64,000 nucleotides of DNA from Octopus vulgaris (GCA_951406725.2 OX597818.1:9920001-9984000); one strand, 5' to 3'. Positions 13,594 through 26,833 are shown, counted from the stretch's first letter. The notes: generated from the sequence alone by a model not told the origin. Made by a program: numbers and translations.

Positions 13594-14883
13594 TGAGGGA
13601 CGTTCAATAAGTAATGCCTCTGACCCACTTGCAGTTGTTTGATCTAAAATAATTTTGCATGTGCAATTATTTATATCTCTATAGATGAAGTGGCAAATTA
13701 CAGCTCTGAACTAATTGTGGTTTCTGATTTACAGGTGTTTGAACTGAGTCAAGTGTGAAATGGAGCCTGTTGAGTGTCGAGCAGTGATCCGATTTTTATA
13801 TTTGAAAGGACGCATACCACGGAAGACTTTTGATGAAATGAAAGTAATTTATGGTGATGATGCCCCATCATATGACCTTGTAAAACGATGGCATCGTGAA
13901 TTCAAACATGGTCAGACCTCTGTGGAAACAGCTCCCAGATCTGGTCGCCCCCTTCTGCCATTGATGAGGCATCTGTCCGTCAAGTTGAGGCTGCCATTTT
14001 GGAAGATCGACGCATAACTATTCGCCAAATTGCCCATGAGGTCAAGATTAGTACCAGGTCTGTGGAAACTATCCTTCATGACCATTTGCATATGCAAAAG
14101 GTGTCTGCCAGATGGATTCCCAGGTTGCTCACACCTTTCCAGAAGCAAGAACGCGTCGAGTGCTCGAGGATGAATTTGGAGATGTGCCAAGAAGATGAGT
14201 CAAAATTTTTCAAAAGACTGATTACTCAGGATGAAACCTGGATCCATCACTATGATCCAGAGATCAAAGCCCAGTCAATGCAGTGGAAGCACCGTGACTC
14301 ACCTCCTCCAAAGAAGGCAAGGGTGCAGCCCTCCGCTGGCAAGGTCATGCTCACAGTCTTCTGGGACCAGGACGGAGTAGTGATGACAGATTTCCTGGCA
14401 AAGGGTACCACAATTACAGGAGCCTATTATGCTTCACTTTTGAGGAAATTAAGAGAAGCTATCAAAATCAAGAGGCGGAGCAAGATCAGCAAATGCATCC
14501 TCCTCCTGCAGGACAACTCTCCGGTCCACAACTCGCATGTCGCCAGATCAGAAGCACAGGCGTGCAGCTATGAACTCCTCCCCCATCCCCCTACTTTCCT
14601 GACGTTGCACCCTCTGATTTTCACCTCTTCCCAGCCATGAAGTTGTCTTTGAAAGGAAAGCGTTTCCCAGATGATGCAGCCTTGATTTCTGAAGTCACGT
14701 CGTGGCTGGAGGACCAAGCTGGGGTCTTCTACAAAAACGGTCTCCAGAGCTGCATCAAACGATGGGAGAAATGCGTAACTCTGGGTGGTTCCTATGTAGA
14801 AAAAGACTAATAACTGTGCCAAGTTTCGTTGCTCTACTGCTATGGAAAGTGGGTCAGGGGCATTACTTATTGAACACCCCGCG
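13594..14883 (+). mobile_element. Full-length mariner (Tc1/mariner, DD34D) DNA transposon, 1290 bp
   Basis: 37-bp terminal inverted repeats (13594-13630 tgagggacgttcaataagtaatgcctctgacccactt; 14847-14883), 32/37 matching; TA on both flanks (13592-93, 14884-85); internal transposase. Confidence 0.97.
13760..14810 (+). pseudogene. Mariner transposase (~350 aa if two 1-nt deletions are restored)
   Basis: MEPVECRAVIRFLYLKG HTH region, RSGRP, WIPRLL (WVPHEL-like), DETW, QDNSP, and YFPDVAPSD in the next frame, giving DD34D spacing; ends GSYVEKD-TAA at 14808-14810; frameshifts in C runs near 13950 and 14590; no in-frame stops seen. Confidence 0.95.
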
Positions 14884-16164
14884 TAAGTGCTTTTTAAATG
14901 AATATGTCTCAAGTTAAAACCCTAAATGTGTCACACACACACACACTCACACACCACAGAAGAAATATTCACCTCGGAATGAAAGTGATTAAGTATCATT
15001 GTTGATATAACATTGGCAAAAAGCTGTTTATATTGAATATGTAGTACGGTGAGTGTTCTTGGTAATCGATTTAATCATCTTCAAGTAACTGGCTTGGAAT
15101 ATTTTATCAATTTCAAGTAGACGTGTAGCCAAAGCCGATCTTTGTAAAACTGGAACTCGGAACAAAAGGAATGCAGCTCATTATATTGTAACATTTATAT
15201 GTATTTATATATACAATCTCTATATACAATTTGTTGTTCCTGCTTCTCTGCCAACCTTAATTTGAAAGTCACTTCTCAAAAATACTTGTTCTTAATTTTA
15301 TTGGTTGTTTGACTTGCGTCGATTTCTTCATATTCCAACAAATTCCTCTTTGTGTTTTGTTTGTTTTCTTTTTGTATAAAGCTGTAATAAAATCAAAGAG
15401 ACTCGGGAAATTTTTCATATTTGTAGCCTATACAAAGACAAATATTCTACATTTAACGATACGACAGTACAAATAGATATACTACGGCAGACATGTTATG
15501 GATAATTTAATTATAAAGCAGTCTAATATCAAAAATAACCAACCAAAGTTAATGATGCTGTTTACGGGAAAATGTTAAGCGTTAATTAAAAATATTCTCT
15601 GACCGGAAAAGCAAGCGAGACAAATTCTAACAGTTCTGGATTCTTAGCTTCTGACAGCAGTGGATTGTGTTCCACTGCTTAATGTCATATAAATCCCTAC
15701 CAATTTTGAAGGGTCGATATTTTTGCAACGGCTTTATAGCGTCGACTGGATAAGTAGCAAATCTTCTTCTGGATAATAGGTAACATTCCGTGGTTATCAG
15801 TTACATATTCACGATAGTTTATTAAAATGAAATATGCCGTATTACCTCTGATCTAAAGGCACCACAAAATACAGCTTCAAGCAAATCAACTTTAATTCGA
15901 GATTGATTTGGTAGTTTAATATAGCATAAAGGCGATGTCATATTCTAGTTCTACATACATTTCGCATTGCATTGGCAGGTGTGTAGTTTAAACTTACGTA
16001 CATACATATATTTATGGTCAAATGTACATCAATATTTCATAGTGGCTGTTCAGAAATATATGCAAGCGCATACAAAATAGCACACATAATACTTCTATGA
16101 ATATATATATATATATATATATTCACACAAACACGAACTAACATACACATGCACACACATGTAT

Positions 16165-16970
16165 ATCAAGAGTGTTGATAAGTAATGTCATATTTTCAAG
16201 CAAATAATCTGAGGTCATGTCACAAATAGTCTTCAAGCCGATTGAAGGTGTCATTGTAATCAACCGATCAGCACAGGGCTAATGACTAAATATCATATAG
16301 GTGTAGATGCTCTATTTGATAGCGAATGAAAAGCACACACATGATTAGTGAGCTGCATATTTGGCATTGCACGACTTACGAGTTTCGTGAGGGCAACAAT
16401 GCAACATTTGAAAGGTAAAATATATGTACTGCATATCCTTTTGGTTGGAGTGTTCGCATATGTTAAACATTTCGACGTTTTGGATGGGTATTGACCAAAA
16501 AGGCCTACTGTCCTTAGCAATGATGCGTGAAACAGCAATGAGAAGGATGTGCGACAGAGTGTCTAGAGCTTATCGCAGAGGCTTGATAACAATGGTTAAC
16601 TGTGGAAGACCATCTGAAGCGGATTGGGAAAGTGTATAGAGATGTGAAGTGGGTACCTCCTCCTGCAACATGATAATGCAAAGCCATATTCAGCGAAATA
16701 ACCAAAACACCGATAAATTCCTTTGGCTGACGAGCTCTACCTCAACCTCCATAATCACCAGATCATGCACCCTCACATTTTCACTTATTCAGATCACTTG
16801 AACACATCACCAGTGCAAAAACTTTCAGAAGTAGGGACGATGTCGAAACTGCAACCCAAACATTTTTTTTCGTTACTAAAAACCGGATTTTTTTCTCGAG
16901 GAATCAGAAGACTAATTTCCAGGTGGGGAAATGTTATTGTTAACGATGGCGGTTATATTTTGAATGGGTA
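16165..16970 (+). mobile_element. Decayed, internally deleted mariner relic
   Basis: LLQHDNAKP at ~16660-16686, LPQPP*SPDHAPS at ~16735-16775, FFSRGIRRLISRWGNVIVNDGGY C-terminus; TIR-like gagtgttgataagtaatg near 16170 resembles the TIR of the intact copy. Confidence 0.8.
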
Positions 16971-17049
16971 AATACACTCACATACACAGTTACACACACT
17001 CACACATGCAGACATGAAGACGTACATACACACACCCATGCATACATAC

Positions 17050-18283
17050 ATGCCCAAAGAAGTTGCACGACTCTACCGTAACGGGTCATCAGATGAAAGG
17101 ATGAACGTATATGAGCAGAAGACGATGCAAGGATAATATAGTAAAAAGCTCAGAGATGACAGTAACATTGATTATCAAATCAGTTTATCGTAGAACCAAT
17201 AGCCGGATCAATACCCCGCTCTTGAAAGGGCATGCGTTTGCAATCCAGGAACAGGAAATACCTAATGCACAAAAGCGACAGTGATGCAGGAAAAGCAGTA
17301 AAATGTGACAACCGGTGCAGACTTTGTGGAGTTAACACAAAATATCACCCACATCATAAGCAGTCGTCCGAAAATGTCACCACGGTATTATTTACCGATG
17401 GGATGTGATGTAGCTAGGACACTCTATATTGAAATCCGTTGGAAGGATATACCCGAGGACAAAGAAATAAGAACCCACAGTATGGTAGAAACCATTGCCA
17501 CTCATAATAAAAAAGGAGTACTGGTGGAATGTCCCAGTGAAAATCTCAATAAAATGTAAGCACAACTAAACTGATATAATGATTTAGGATAGAGAAGAGA
17601 AACTGTGTAGAGTTGTGAAAATTAGCTGTCCAGCGGTTATATTTTGAATGGGTAAATACACTCACATACACAGTTACACACACTCACACATGTAGACATG
17701 AAGACGTACATACACACACCCATGCATACATACATGCCCAAAGAAGTTGCACGACTCTACCGTAACGGGTCATCAGATGAAAGGATGAACGTATATGAAC
17801 ATAAAGCAGAAGATCAGTGAAAAAGTGAATACCTACGCTGAACTATTGAAATATCTGCAGTTTGTCTATCCAGATTACAAGTTCAGATTTATACATGTAA
17901 CTATTGGGACCCGGGAATATGCAATACACAGCCTAAATACCAATCTTGAGAAATTACATGCCCAAAGAAGTTGCACGACTCTACCGTAACGGGTCATCAG
18001 ATGAAAGGATGAACGTATATGAACATAAAGCAGAAGATCAGTGAAAAAGTGAATACCTACGCCGAACTATTGAAATATCTGCAGTTTGTCTATCCAGATT
18101 ACAAGTTCAGATTTATACATGTAACTATTGGGACCCGGGAATATGCAATACACAGCCTAAATACCAATCTTGAGAAATTAGGCTTCCCAAAACAAGAAAC
18201 GAGACAGCTAATTCAAAGACTACCGATCCTATCCATCACTGTAACTGTAAAAATCTGTAAAATTTTCCAGAAGTTTATCATTT
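17050..18283 (+). mobile_element. Decayed RLE-type (R4/Dong-like) LINE 3' fragment, interrupted by local duplications
   Basis: AFAIQEQEI, CRLCG, ITHIISS.PKM, ISCPA..NIKQKISEKVNTYAEL..Y.FRFIHVTIG; stop near 18283; (CATA)n downstream. Confidence 0.8.
17731..18180. repeat. Tandem duplication, 224-bp period
   Basis: tacatgcccaaagaag...tgagaaat at 17731 and 17955; shared ORF starts at 17795 and 18019. Confidence 0.95.
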
Positions 18284-18457
18284 AAGTATATCTTTAGCAT
18301 GTCTAGATATGTAAGTATATACATGAGAATACATACGTAAAATAAAATATACAAATCTGCACACATACATTCATGCATACATACATACATACATACATAC
18401 ATACATACATACATACATACATACATACATACATACATACATACATACATACATAAG

Positions 18458-18723
18458 GAGCACTCCGTCGGTTGCGACGACGTAGGTCGTAGCTGATACG
18501 ATCAACAGACCAGCTTGCTCGTGAAATTAACGTGCAAGTGGCTGAGCACTCCACAAACACGTGTACCCTTAATACAGGTACTACTCATTTTTGCCAGCTG
18601 AGTGTACTGGAGCAACGTGAAATAAAGTGTCTTGCTGAAGGACACAACGCGCCACCGGGGATTGAACTCATGACCTTACGATCATGAGCCGAATGCCCTA
18701 ACCACTAAGCCACGCGCCTTCAC
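18458..18723 (-). mobile_element. tRNA-derived SINE family C (different 3' part)
   Basis: Minus strand ggcgcgtggcttagtggttaggg..gagttcaatccccgg..gtgtccttcagcaagacactttatttcacgttgctccag; embedded in (CATA)n. Confidence 0.85.
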
Positions 18724-19707
18724 CATACAGACATACATACATACATACATAGGAAAATATTTCTTCACTATCATATAGTGAATCAGTCGGCAAGTTATTT
18801 CTGATTCTTCGAAGACGGCTTAAGTGTTGCTAATACTTCAATTATATCCTCTTATTTTTTTATTTTATTTATTTTTTTATTTTATTTATTGGATAGGAAA
18901 AGCAATTCACGATCTATGCTATCTAAACATAAGTTAAAATATAACCAGATCGCAACATTAAGTTGGTTTACGAACTTTGCATATAATTATTGAACCAATC
19001 TAAAACGTATTGCTAAGACAGTATCAGTGTAGGAAACTTAATTATGTATGCGTATAAGAAAGTTATGAAAGCTAACAAAACAATACTGAACGTTGAGAAA
19101 AATTAGTTTATTCATTATTTCAGCTCTATCAAGCTCTAATTGAGAATTGAAACATTCAAAATGTAATGTTAATGTTAATATTGAACAACAGAAAATAATG
19201 TTACGATCAGAAAATAATGTTACGATATGTGCAGAAAATTTCAGCCTGGTGGAGAGATGAGATAATTGTGCTATTTGAATCAGACAATGAATTTCCGCCA
19301 ATTTAGAAACCCATTACAATTGCAGAGTTGCGTTTCTAAGCGCCTAACGTGGCTAGCTTCGTTAATATACAAGTTATTGATGTTCATATCAAAGACCATG
19401 ATTAATAAAAACAATGCAATTCTGTATTCTAGTAGATCTCTAAATGTTGTTTTTAACAGATAAGGCTGGCATGTTTATGCGCTATTGAATCTCTATATGG
19501 AACAGCCTGATAGTAATTCGTGGGCAAAATTTGATACGTCAGGCATTTATTTGTATGAGTGTGTATGTGTGTGTGTATGTGTCCATGTGTGTACATTCGT
19601 ATTTTCACACGTCGTCAAGCGATCAATAGAGTTTACATATATTTATATACACGTGTGTGTGTGTATATATATCCACACATAAAAATATATTTGCATTTAT
19701 GCATATA

Positions 19708-19811
<104 letters not shown>

Positions 19812-20130
19812 CATATACATATATGTATACACGCACACAGACTCAAAGAAATAGATTCATGTACGTGTCTGTGTCTTTGTATATATATTGTACTGATTGT
19901 TTGACGTATATATCATAATACATATAAATGTATGTACGTGTATATATATATATATATATGCATACATATATACATAAGTAATACACACACATACATACAT
20001 AGACACGCAAATACATACATTCATACACTCATACATACATACATTTATAGCCTTGATAGTATGCATCTCAGTTTCCAATTGTGTACATAGTCTATCAGAA
20101 TCAGAAAGCTATTTCACAAATAAGTGGTGA

Positions 20131-21293
20131 AATGAGTGAGTTATATATATTCAACCTTTCTCTCTTTATTGCCGAACTAATCCCATAAGTGACATGGTTT
20201 CTTAAGCGTGGGATCCTCAAGTATCAGGTGCTCTGGACTTTACTTAATACATTTGCTCTTTTTTCCTTTTTTTTATTTTCCTCATGTTTCCGTCTTATTC
20301 CAGTAAATGTGTCCAGGTATCCATTTAATCTCGGGACATACAGATCGTATTCTCTACATGGTTGCATTTACTTTCAATACAATTAATCACGTTAATGCAA
20401 GAAGTTTTAGCGCTATCGGGTGAGGCCAATTTGAAGTGGAGAAGCAAATCTTTATCAGGAGACTTCCTATACAAGTAGGAGTAATTGCTACATTTGTCCG
20501 ATACTTTCAACTGGAAAATGAGCAAGGAAAGAACTCCCTATGCAATTCAGTGTTCGATGTCAAATTTAATGTAAGTATCTGTGCTAGGTCTTGGAGAAAA
20601 TACATGCCCCATGAGAACACCTATATCAGTTCTTTAATAACACAGATAAATATCTATTTATCCAACCATCCATCCATCGTTCCATCTATATATCTATCTA
20701 TATACATATCTTAATGAGTGAGTTATATATATTCAACCTTTCTCTCTTTATTGCCGAACTAATCCCATAAGTGACATGGTTTCTTAAGCGTGGGATCCTC
20801 AAGTATCAGGTGCTCTGGACTTTACTTAATACATTTGCTCTTTTTTCCTTTTTTTTATTTTCCTCATGTTTCCGTCTTATTCCAGTAAATGTGTCCAGGT
20901 ATCCATTTAATCTCGGGACATACAGATCGTATTCTCTACATGGTTGCATTTACTTTCAATACAATTAATCACGTTAATGCAAGAAGTTTTAGCGCTATCG
21001 GGTGAGGCCAATTTGAAGTGGAGAAGCAAATCTTTATCAGGAGACTTCCTATACAAGTAGGAGTAATTGCTACATTTGTCCGATACTTTCAACTGGAAAA
21101 TGAGCAAGGAAAGAACTCCCTATGCAATTCAGTGTTCGATGTCAAATTTAATGTAAGTATCTGTGCTAGGTCTTGGAGAAAATACATGCCCCATGAGAAC
21201 ACCTATATCAGTTCTTTAATAACACAGATAAATATCTATTTATCCAACCATCCATCCATCGTTCCATCTATATATCTATCTATATACATATCT
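20131..21293. repeat. Tandem duplication, 582-bp period, apparently identical copies
   Basis: 20131-20711 repeated at 20713-21293; ORF-track translations are identical at +582. Confidence 0.97.
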
Positions 21294-21308
21294 ATCTATT
21301 TATTGATC

Positions 21309-21356
<48 letters not shown>

Positions 21357-21656
21357 GTGTGTGTGTGTGTATACATATATATATAGTTCTATATTTAAAT
21401 AATAAAAAATGTAAATAATGTATATATATATATATATATGTATATTCATTTATCTATATATTTAACGATCTGCACATCTAGTTACTTATTTCTCTCTGTT
21501 TATCTCATTCTTTCTCCTTCTCACTCTATCTGTATGTCTACGTGTGTATGTGTGTATATATGCATAAATATATACGTTGGTGCTCCAGTATGACAGCAGC
21601 TGCATGACTGAAACGAATAAAAGAATAAACGAATGTAAGTATATGCATATACATAC

Positions 21657-21710
<54 letters not shown>

Positions 21711-21760
21711 TAAGAGAGTGAAGAGAGAGAGAAACATATATATAAATATATATATATATG

Positions 21761-23331
21761 TACTAGCATTATGACCCGTCGTTGCCGGGTCATAGTGCCA
21801 GTGCATGTATACATGTGTACATATTACATGTACATATATATATATATACATCTACACATAAAATACAAAATACAAAGTTATATCTTGATATCGCTAGTGA
21901 TAACAATACTCAAAATATATAACAGACTGGAATTGTAGGCCCGTCTCTTGCAATTTCGATCAATTGTACCTTGTCCTCCCTCTTGTATAGAAGTGTGGCT
22001 ACAATCCAGCCTACCTCTACTTCTGAGGGGAAATTTTAAATTTTTATCCGGGACGTCCTGCGTCCCAGATATAAAGGTGAAAATAAAATATTTCCACTTT
22101 GCAAGGTTCGAGTCGAGTACTTCCTTGCACGCTCCGTTGACTCGAACCTTGCTTCTATTGTGGCGAATTTACCACCTCTGGTTATATATCTTTCATAGTC
22201 GCACCAAGACACTTTTCGATGGTGCTTTCCTCCAGGTGTTCAAATCTTTTTTTTCTCTACATTGTATACTTTATAGATAATAGTCTTTTCTTTAATTAAA
22301 TTTTTTATTTCGTTTGGTGGTGTTATCCTAGATTCACCGTCTTTGTCGGTGATCAATCCGAAATAGGTTTGTATTTCTTCCATTTTAATTTTAATGAGTT
22401 CGCGCCGACGGCTGCAGCGAAATTAATTTTTGGACTTTCTTCTATCGAAGGCATTTAACAAAAATGCTTCCGTATAAACGGTGAAAATATTGTCAATTTC
22501 CCCAGACAGGGGCACAATTCAATTTTTAAACAATAACCAAAGCTCCTTCTCCCAAAGGGGAAGGGTTACAGTTTACAATTATTTAACAAATGCAACACAA
22601 CAACGTTTCCCTTACGAGGAACCAACAAACGTGATAACAATAGTTAAATAGTAATAATAATAACAACAAACCTTACGGTGCATCAAAAAGCAGTACGCAG
22701 TTGAAGCTATAGTCCTTTATGTATAAGAAATAATCCAACAGCAGTACTCAGTAGAAGCGGCTGTTCGAGAAAACAGACGGTACATACAGCCAAACTTCAT
22801 ATTGATAGTTAATGCTAGCTAATTATCAGATAATCTAATGTAAAAGCCGTAGTAAACGGTATGTGCACGGCTCCATCTGGACTATTCCACTTCTGCACAC
22901 TAATTTTAGTTTTAATTTATTCCCATTCATGTGAAACCACTTATTCAAGTTCAAGTCATTGATGCAATTTTATACCAATTGCTATTTTTATTTTTGTTAT
23001 GTCACGATTGTGTTATACTTTAGTTTGATTTTAATTATTACTTACTACATATAATTCAATTTTTATTATTATCTCTAATTTTTATTGTTAAAGTGAAAGT
23101 ATCGGACATAAAATAGAGAAATGTTTTTGTTTCACTTTTAACACGTAATACTGAAATAGTGGAGAAGATATGATATTGCTATGGGCTCAGCCTAGGCAAG
23201 AAGTTGAACATTTTTTTGTCCACGAAACTACATGGACCCTAAGTAAGGCATGTGTAAAATTTGAATGGAATTGGTTGTGTAGTTCTCAAGTTTTACGGAA
23301 ACACACAGACAGACACGCACACATTCTCAGT

Positions 23332-23335
<4 letters not shown>
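21761..23335 (+). mobile_element. Non-autonomous Helitron/Helentron-like element
   Basis: Starts TACTAGC with hairpin gcattatgacccg/cgggtcatagtgc; ends with aaaatttgaatggaattggtt...agtt...acagacagac tail of DINE-1/HINE type; sits in TA repeats. Confidence 0.6.
21925..22440 (-). pseudogene. LINE ORF1-like 5' fragment nested in the Helitron-like element
   Basis: Minus-strand reading INFAAAVG..MEEIQTYFGLITDKDGESRITPPNEIKNLIKEKTIIYKVYNVEKKRFEHLEESTIEKCL..GKFATIEARF..LYLGRRTSRIKI; FAAAV resembles the ORF1 N-terminal SYAAAV motif. Confidence 0.5.
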
Positions 23336-23396
<61 letters not shown>

Positions 23397-23398
<2 letters not shown>

Positions 23399-23632
23399 GA
23401 GGAAAATAAGACAAGGTAGAAAATATTTAAATAATTTTATCATGAAGAACATTTTAAGAACATTTTAGTACCGGTTTCAGTCTTTGCGTCTTTTTCAGCT
23501 TCGAGTAAAGCATGAAAAACAAATTGTGGAAAAATAAATGAAATGTTTTTTTATAAAATATTTCCATAGTTTACAAATACAAAGGACATTTTCCTTTACC
23601 CCATCTCTCTCTCTCTCTCTCTCTCTCTTCTT

Positions 23633-23675
<43 letters not shown>

Positions 23676-24645
23676 TTTACACTTGTGAACGCTCGGTAGG
23701 ATTTAGCAGGTAGTAGCAGTCCAAAAAATACTTTATATGAGATCTTCGTTTTGATTGTTTAAGCAGCAGTAGTCGAGAAAGGATGCGAAGAAGATGGAGG
23801 AGAAGGAGGGAGGAGGAAAAGAAGAGAAAGTATAAGAAAAATACGGAAATGGTAGGACAGTCGTAGGATGTTGGTGGAATCGTCTTAAATGGTCAAGAGA
23901 CCTAAAAGTGACCTGTTGTGGTTGTAATAGTAGTGAATGGAATTGTTCTGAATAAATTCATGGGTAGTGACCGTTCTGAATCTATCATTTTTAATATTTA
24001 CCTGGGTATTATTCTAATGCCTTGTAATAGTTTCATTTGTGGTGGACTCATTCAAAAGGGGTTTATAAAATATGACTCTTTGCTACTACAAGCGCCTTAG
24101 AATAATACTCACGCACATATTAAAATATTAAAAACGATAGTTTCAGATCAGCCAATACTCATGAATTTATTAAGAACAATTCCACTCACTACTATTACAA
24201 CCACAAGTCACTTTCAGGTCACTTGACCATATAAGAGGATTCCACCAACATCCTACAACTGTCATACCATTCCCGTATTTTTCATATTCTTTCTCTTCTT
24301 TCCTCCTCCTCCTCCTTCTTCTTCTTCTTCACCTCCTCCTCGGCTAATGCTGCTTACACAAAACGAAAAACACATATCAAATATTCTTTTAGGTCTGCTA
24401 CTACCTGCTACCAAGCGTTCACAAGAGTAAAGAAGACAGATAGACAGAGAGAAAAAGGAAAATGTCCCTTATATTTGAAAATTATGGAAATATTTTCAAA
24501 AAACATTTCATTTAATTTTTTCACAATTTAATTGTTTTTCATGTTTTACTCTAATTTGAAAAAGTCGCAAAGATTGAAACCGGTACTAAAATGTACTTCA
24601 TGATAAAATTATTTTAGCATTTTCTACCTTGTCTTATTTTCCTTA
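23397..24645. repeat. Long imperfect inverted repeat (~600-bp arms, short spacer), probable Penelope-like inverted termini
   Basis: 23397-24020 is the diverged reverse complement of ~24093-24645 (e.g. ggaaaataagacaaggtagaaaat / attttctaccttgtcttattttcc); each arm has a decayed hammerhead (23466-23501 minus, 24556-24585 plus); KESYFIN remnant on the minus strand of the spacer. Confidence 0.9.
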
Positions 24646-25376
24646 TACATATCAACTCGTGTGTTCGTTTTCAACCTTCTACATGCATACATAAATACAT
24701 ACATATATACAAATATATATATATGTGTGTGTGTATGTGTGTGTGTGTGTGTGCGCGCGCGCGAATGCATGTGTGAGTTTGCCTCTGTGTGTGTGTTTAT
24801 GTGTGTATTTTCCCTCTCTTTCACTATAGCGCGTGAGTGCTATTGAAAACATGATTATGTTCTAATTTAAAATGTCTATTTCAAAGATTCTTCTTTTATG
24901 TGTATCAATCCGTTATAGATTGTTTGGAACAATAAAGTCTCCAAATCCACCTTTATCAACTAATTCAGGTGAGAATTTGAGCGTTGGAGTTCCAACGGTC
25001 AAATTTTGGTGCAAAAGCCTGAATAAATATAAGCCAACCACTATTGACGGGGGAGTTCCGCAACAAAAACCACTCTACATCCTAAGAATGTGACTTGAAT
25101 AGCCTGTAAACACGGGCAAAGTTCAATTTGAGAACTTCCAAATGGTCTATAAATGTCGCATACGCAGATATGCAAATACGAGTAAAGTTATCAAAATAAA
25201 ACCTCGTGTCTTCAATATAACCTGTTTAAAAGAAAAGTTGTTCCCTATAAGTACACACATACACACATTTACATACATACACACGCACACACACATATAC
25301 ATATGTGCATGCACACACACACATATACATATACATACATACATACATACATACATATAAATATATATAGATGCAT

Positions 25377-25419
<43 letters not shown>

Positions 25420-25497
25420 CATATATATATAAACATATAAATATATATATATATATATATTCAGGATTAAATAAAAGGAAAACAAACGGAAAATATG

Positions 25498-25555
<58 letters not shown>

Positions 25556-26126
25556 ACGAAAACGCGTACGAAATACACAAACCAACATATACCAAATACA
25601 CAGGCGAAAAGAAAACACTGACGGTTACCAATTCATCAGTTATCGGCCAGAAGGTCAAACGCAATTTCAACCATTATTGATTATATTACTTCCACTCTGG
25701 AGGCACCGACAAGAAACCTGGTGGGAATGGGACCAAGTCATAACAAAACAAGACGGACTCGAGACGATACAGGTTCGAGACGAGACGGGCACGAGACGAG
25801 ACGGACTAGAGACGAGACCGTTAGTGGATGGACGAATGACAAAACAATAAACAGAATAAAGGCTTAGGGCCACAAGAATACAACAATTAATAATGATAAT
25901 ACATATACAACAAAAAGTCTTGGGGCTACAGGACAAGACAAAAGTGGGTAACGCGAAGGAGAAATGAAAACTGTCCTAAAAGACTATGGACACGGGAGGG
26001 GTAGAGCAAGGAGCTCAGAAAAAATCGTGTCCAGTGCGGTCGAAGACAACGCGAAAAAGAATGGCACCATCTTAGGTCATCACGAATCACGTGATAGTGG
26101 GAGAAGGGTAACAGAGATAGACAGAA

Positions 26127-26160
<34 letters not shown>

Positions 26161-26611
26161 TGAGAGAGAAAGAAAGAAGGGAAATTAAGAGAAACAAAGG
26201 AAATGAAGGAGACAGAGTGGCACAAAGAAGATCAGATTTCTTAGCAAAATCGCAAAAACTTCTGGGCTGTGGAAGTAGCCCAGAATTGTTCTTTTTATCG
26301 TAAATCTAAATCACTTTCACTGACCATAAGTGAAAATATAGCGGAAACAAGTGCAGCTTAAACATGAGAAGAAGTATAAGTTTTCGAGAAGAGTATGAAC
26401 AGTCACCGGATGCAAAACATCAACAAAAGCAAATTCAGAACAATTATTAGAAGCTCGTAACAATCTCAGATTAATTATCGGAAGCCCATAACAGTCCTAG
26501 AAGAAAATCAGACAATAGATAGCCAAACAAGTGAAAAGCAGCCATACTAAGGCGGTGTGACATTTCTGGCTGAAATACATGCCAAATCAAGAGTAGTTAC
26601 AAATGTTTATG

Positions 26612-26746
26612 GGCGCAGCCGTGGCTGTGTGGTAAGAGGCTTGCTTCCCAACCACATGACTCCGGGTTCAGTGCCACTGCGTAGCACCTTGGGCAAGTGT
26701 CGTCTACTATAGCCTCAGGCCGACTAAAACCTCGTGAGTGGGTTTG

Positions 26747-26749
<3 letters not shown>
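26612..26749 (+). mobile_element. tRNA-derived SINE family B, 5' half
   Basis: A-box gtggctgtgtggtaag, B-box gggttcagtgcc, then ccttgggcaagtgtc; runs into (CA)n. Related pieces at ~12280-12465, 29950-30505, 37000-37062, 47485-47538 (minus). Confidence 0.85.
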
Positions 26750-26829
<80 letters not shown>

Positions 26830-26833
26830 ATTT

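Noticed and set aside
17065-17100. Minus-strand CUGAUGA with ccg/cgg stem
   Set aside because: No GAAA box; lies in LINE coding remnant
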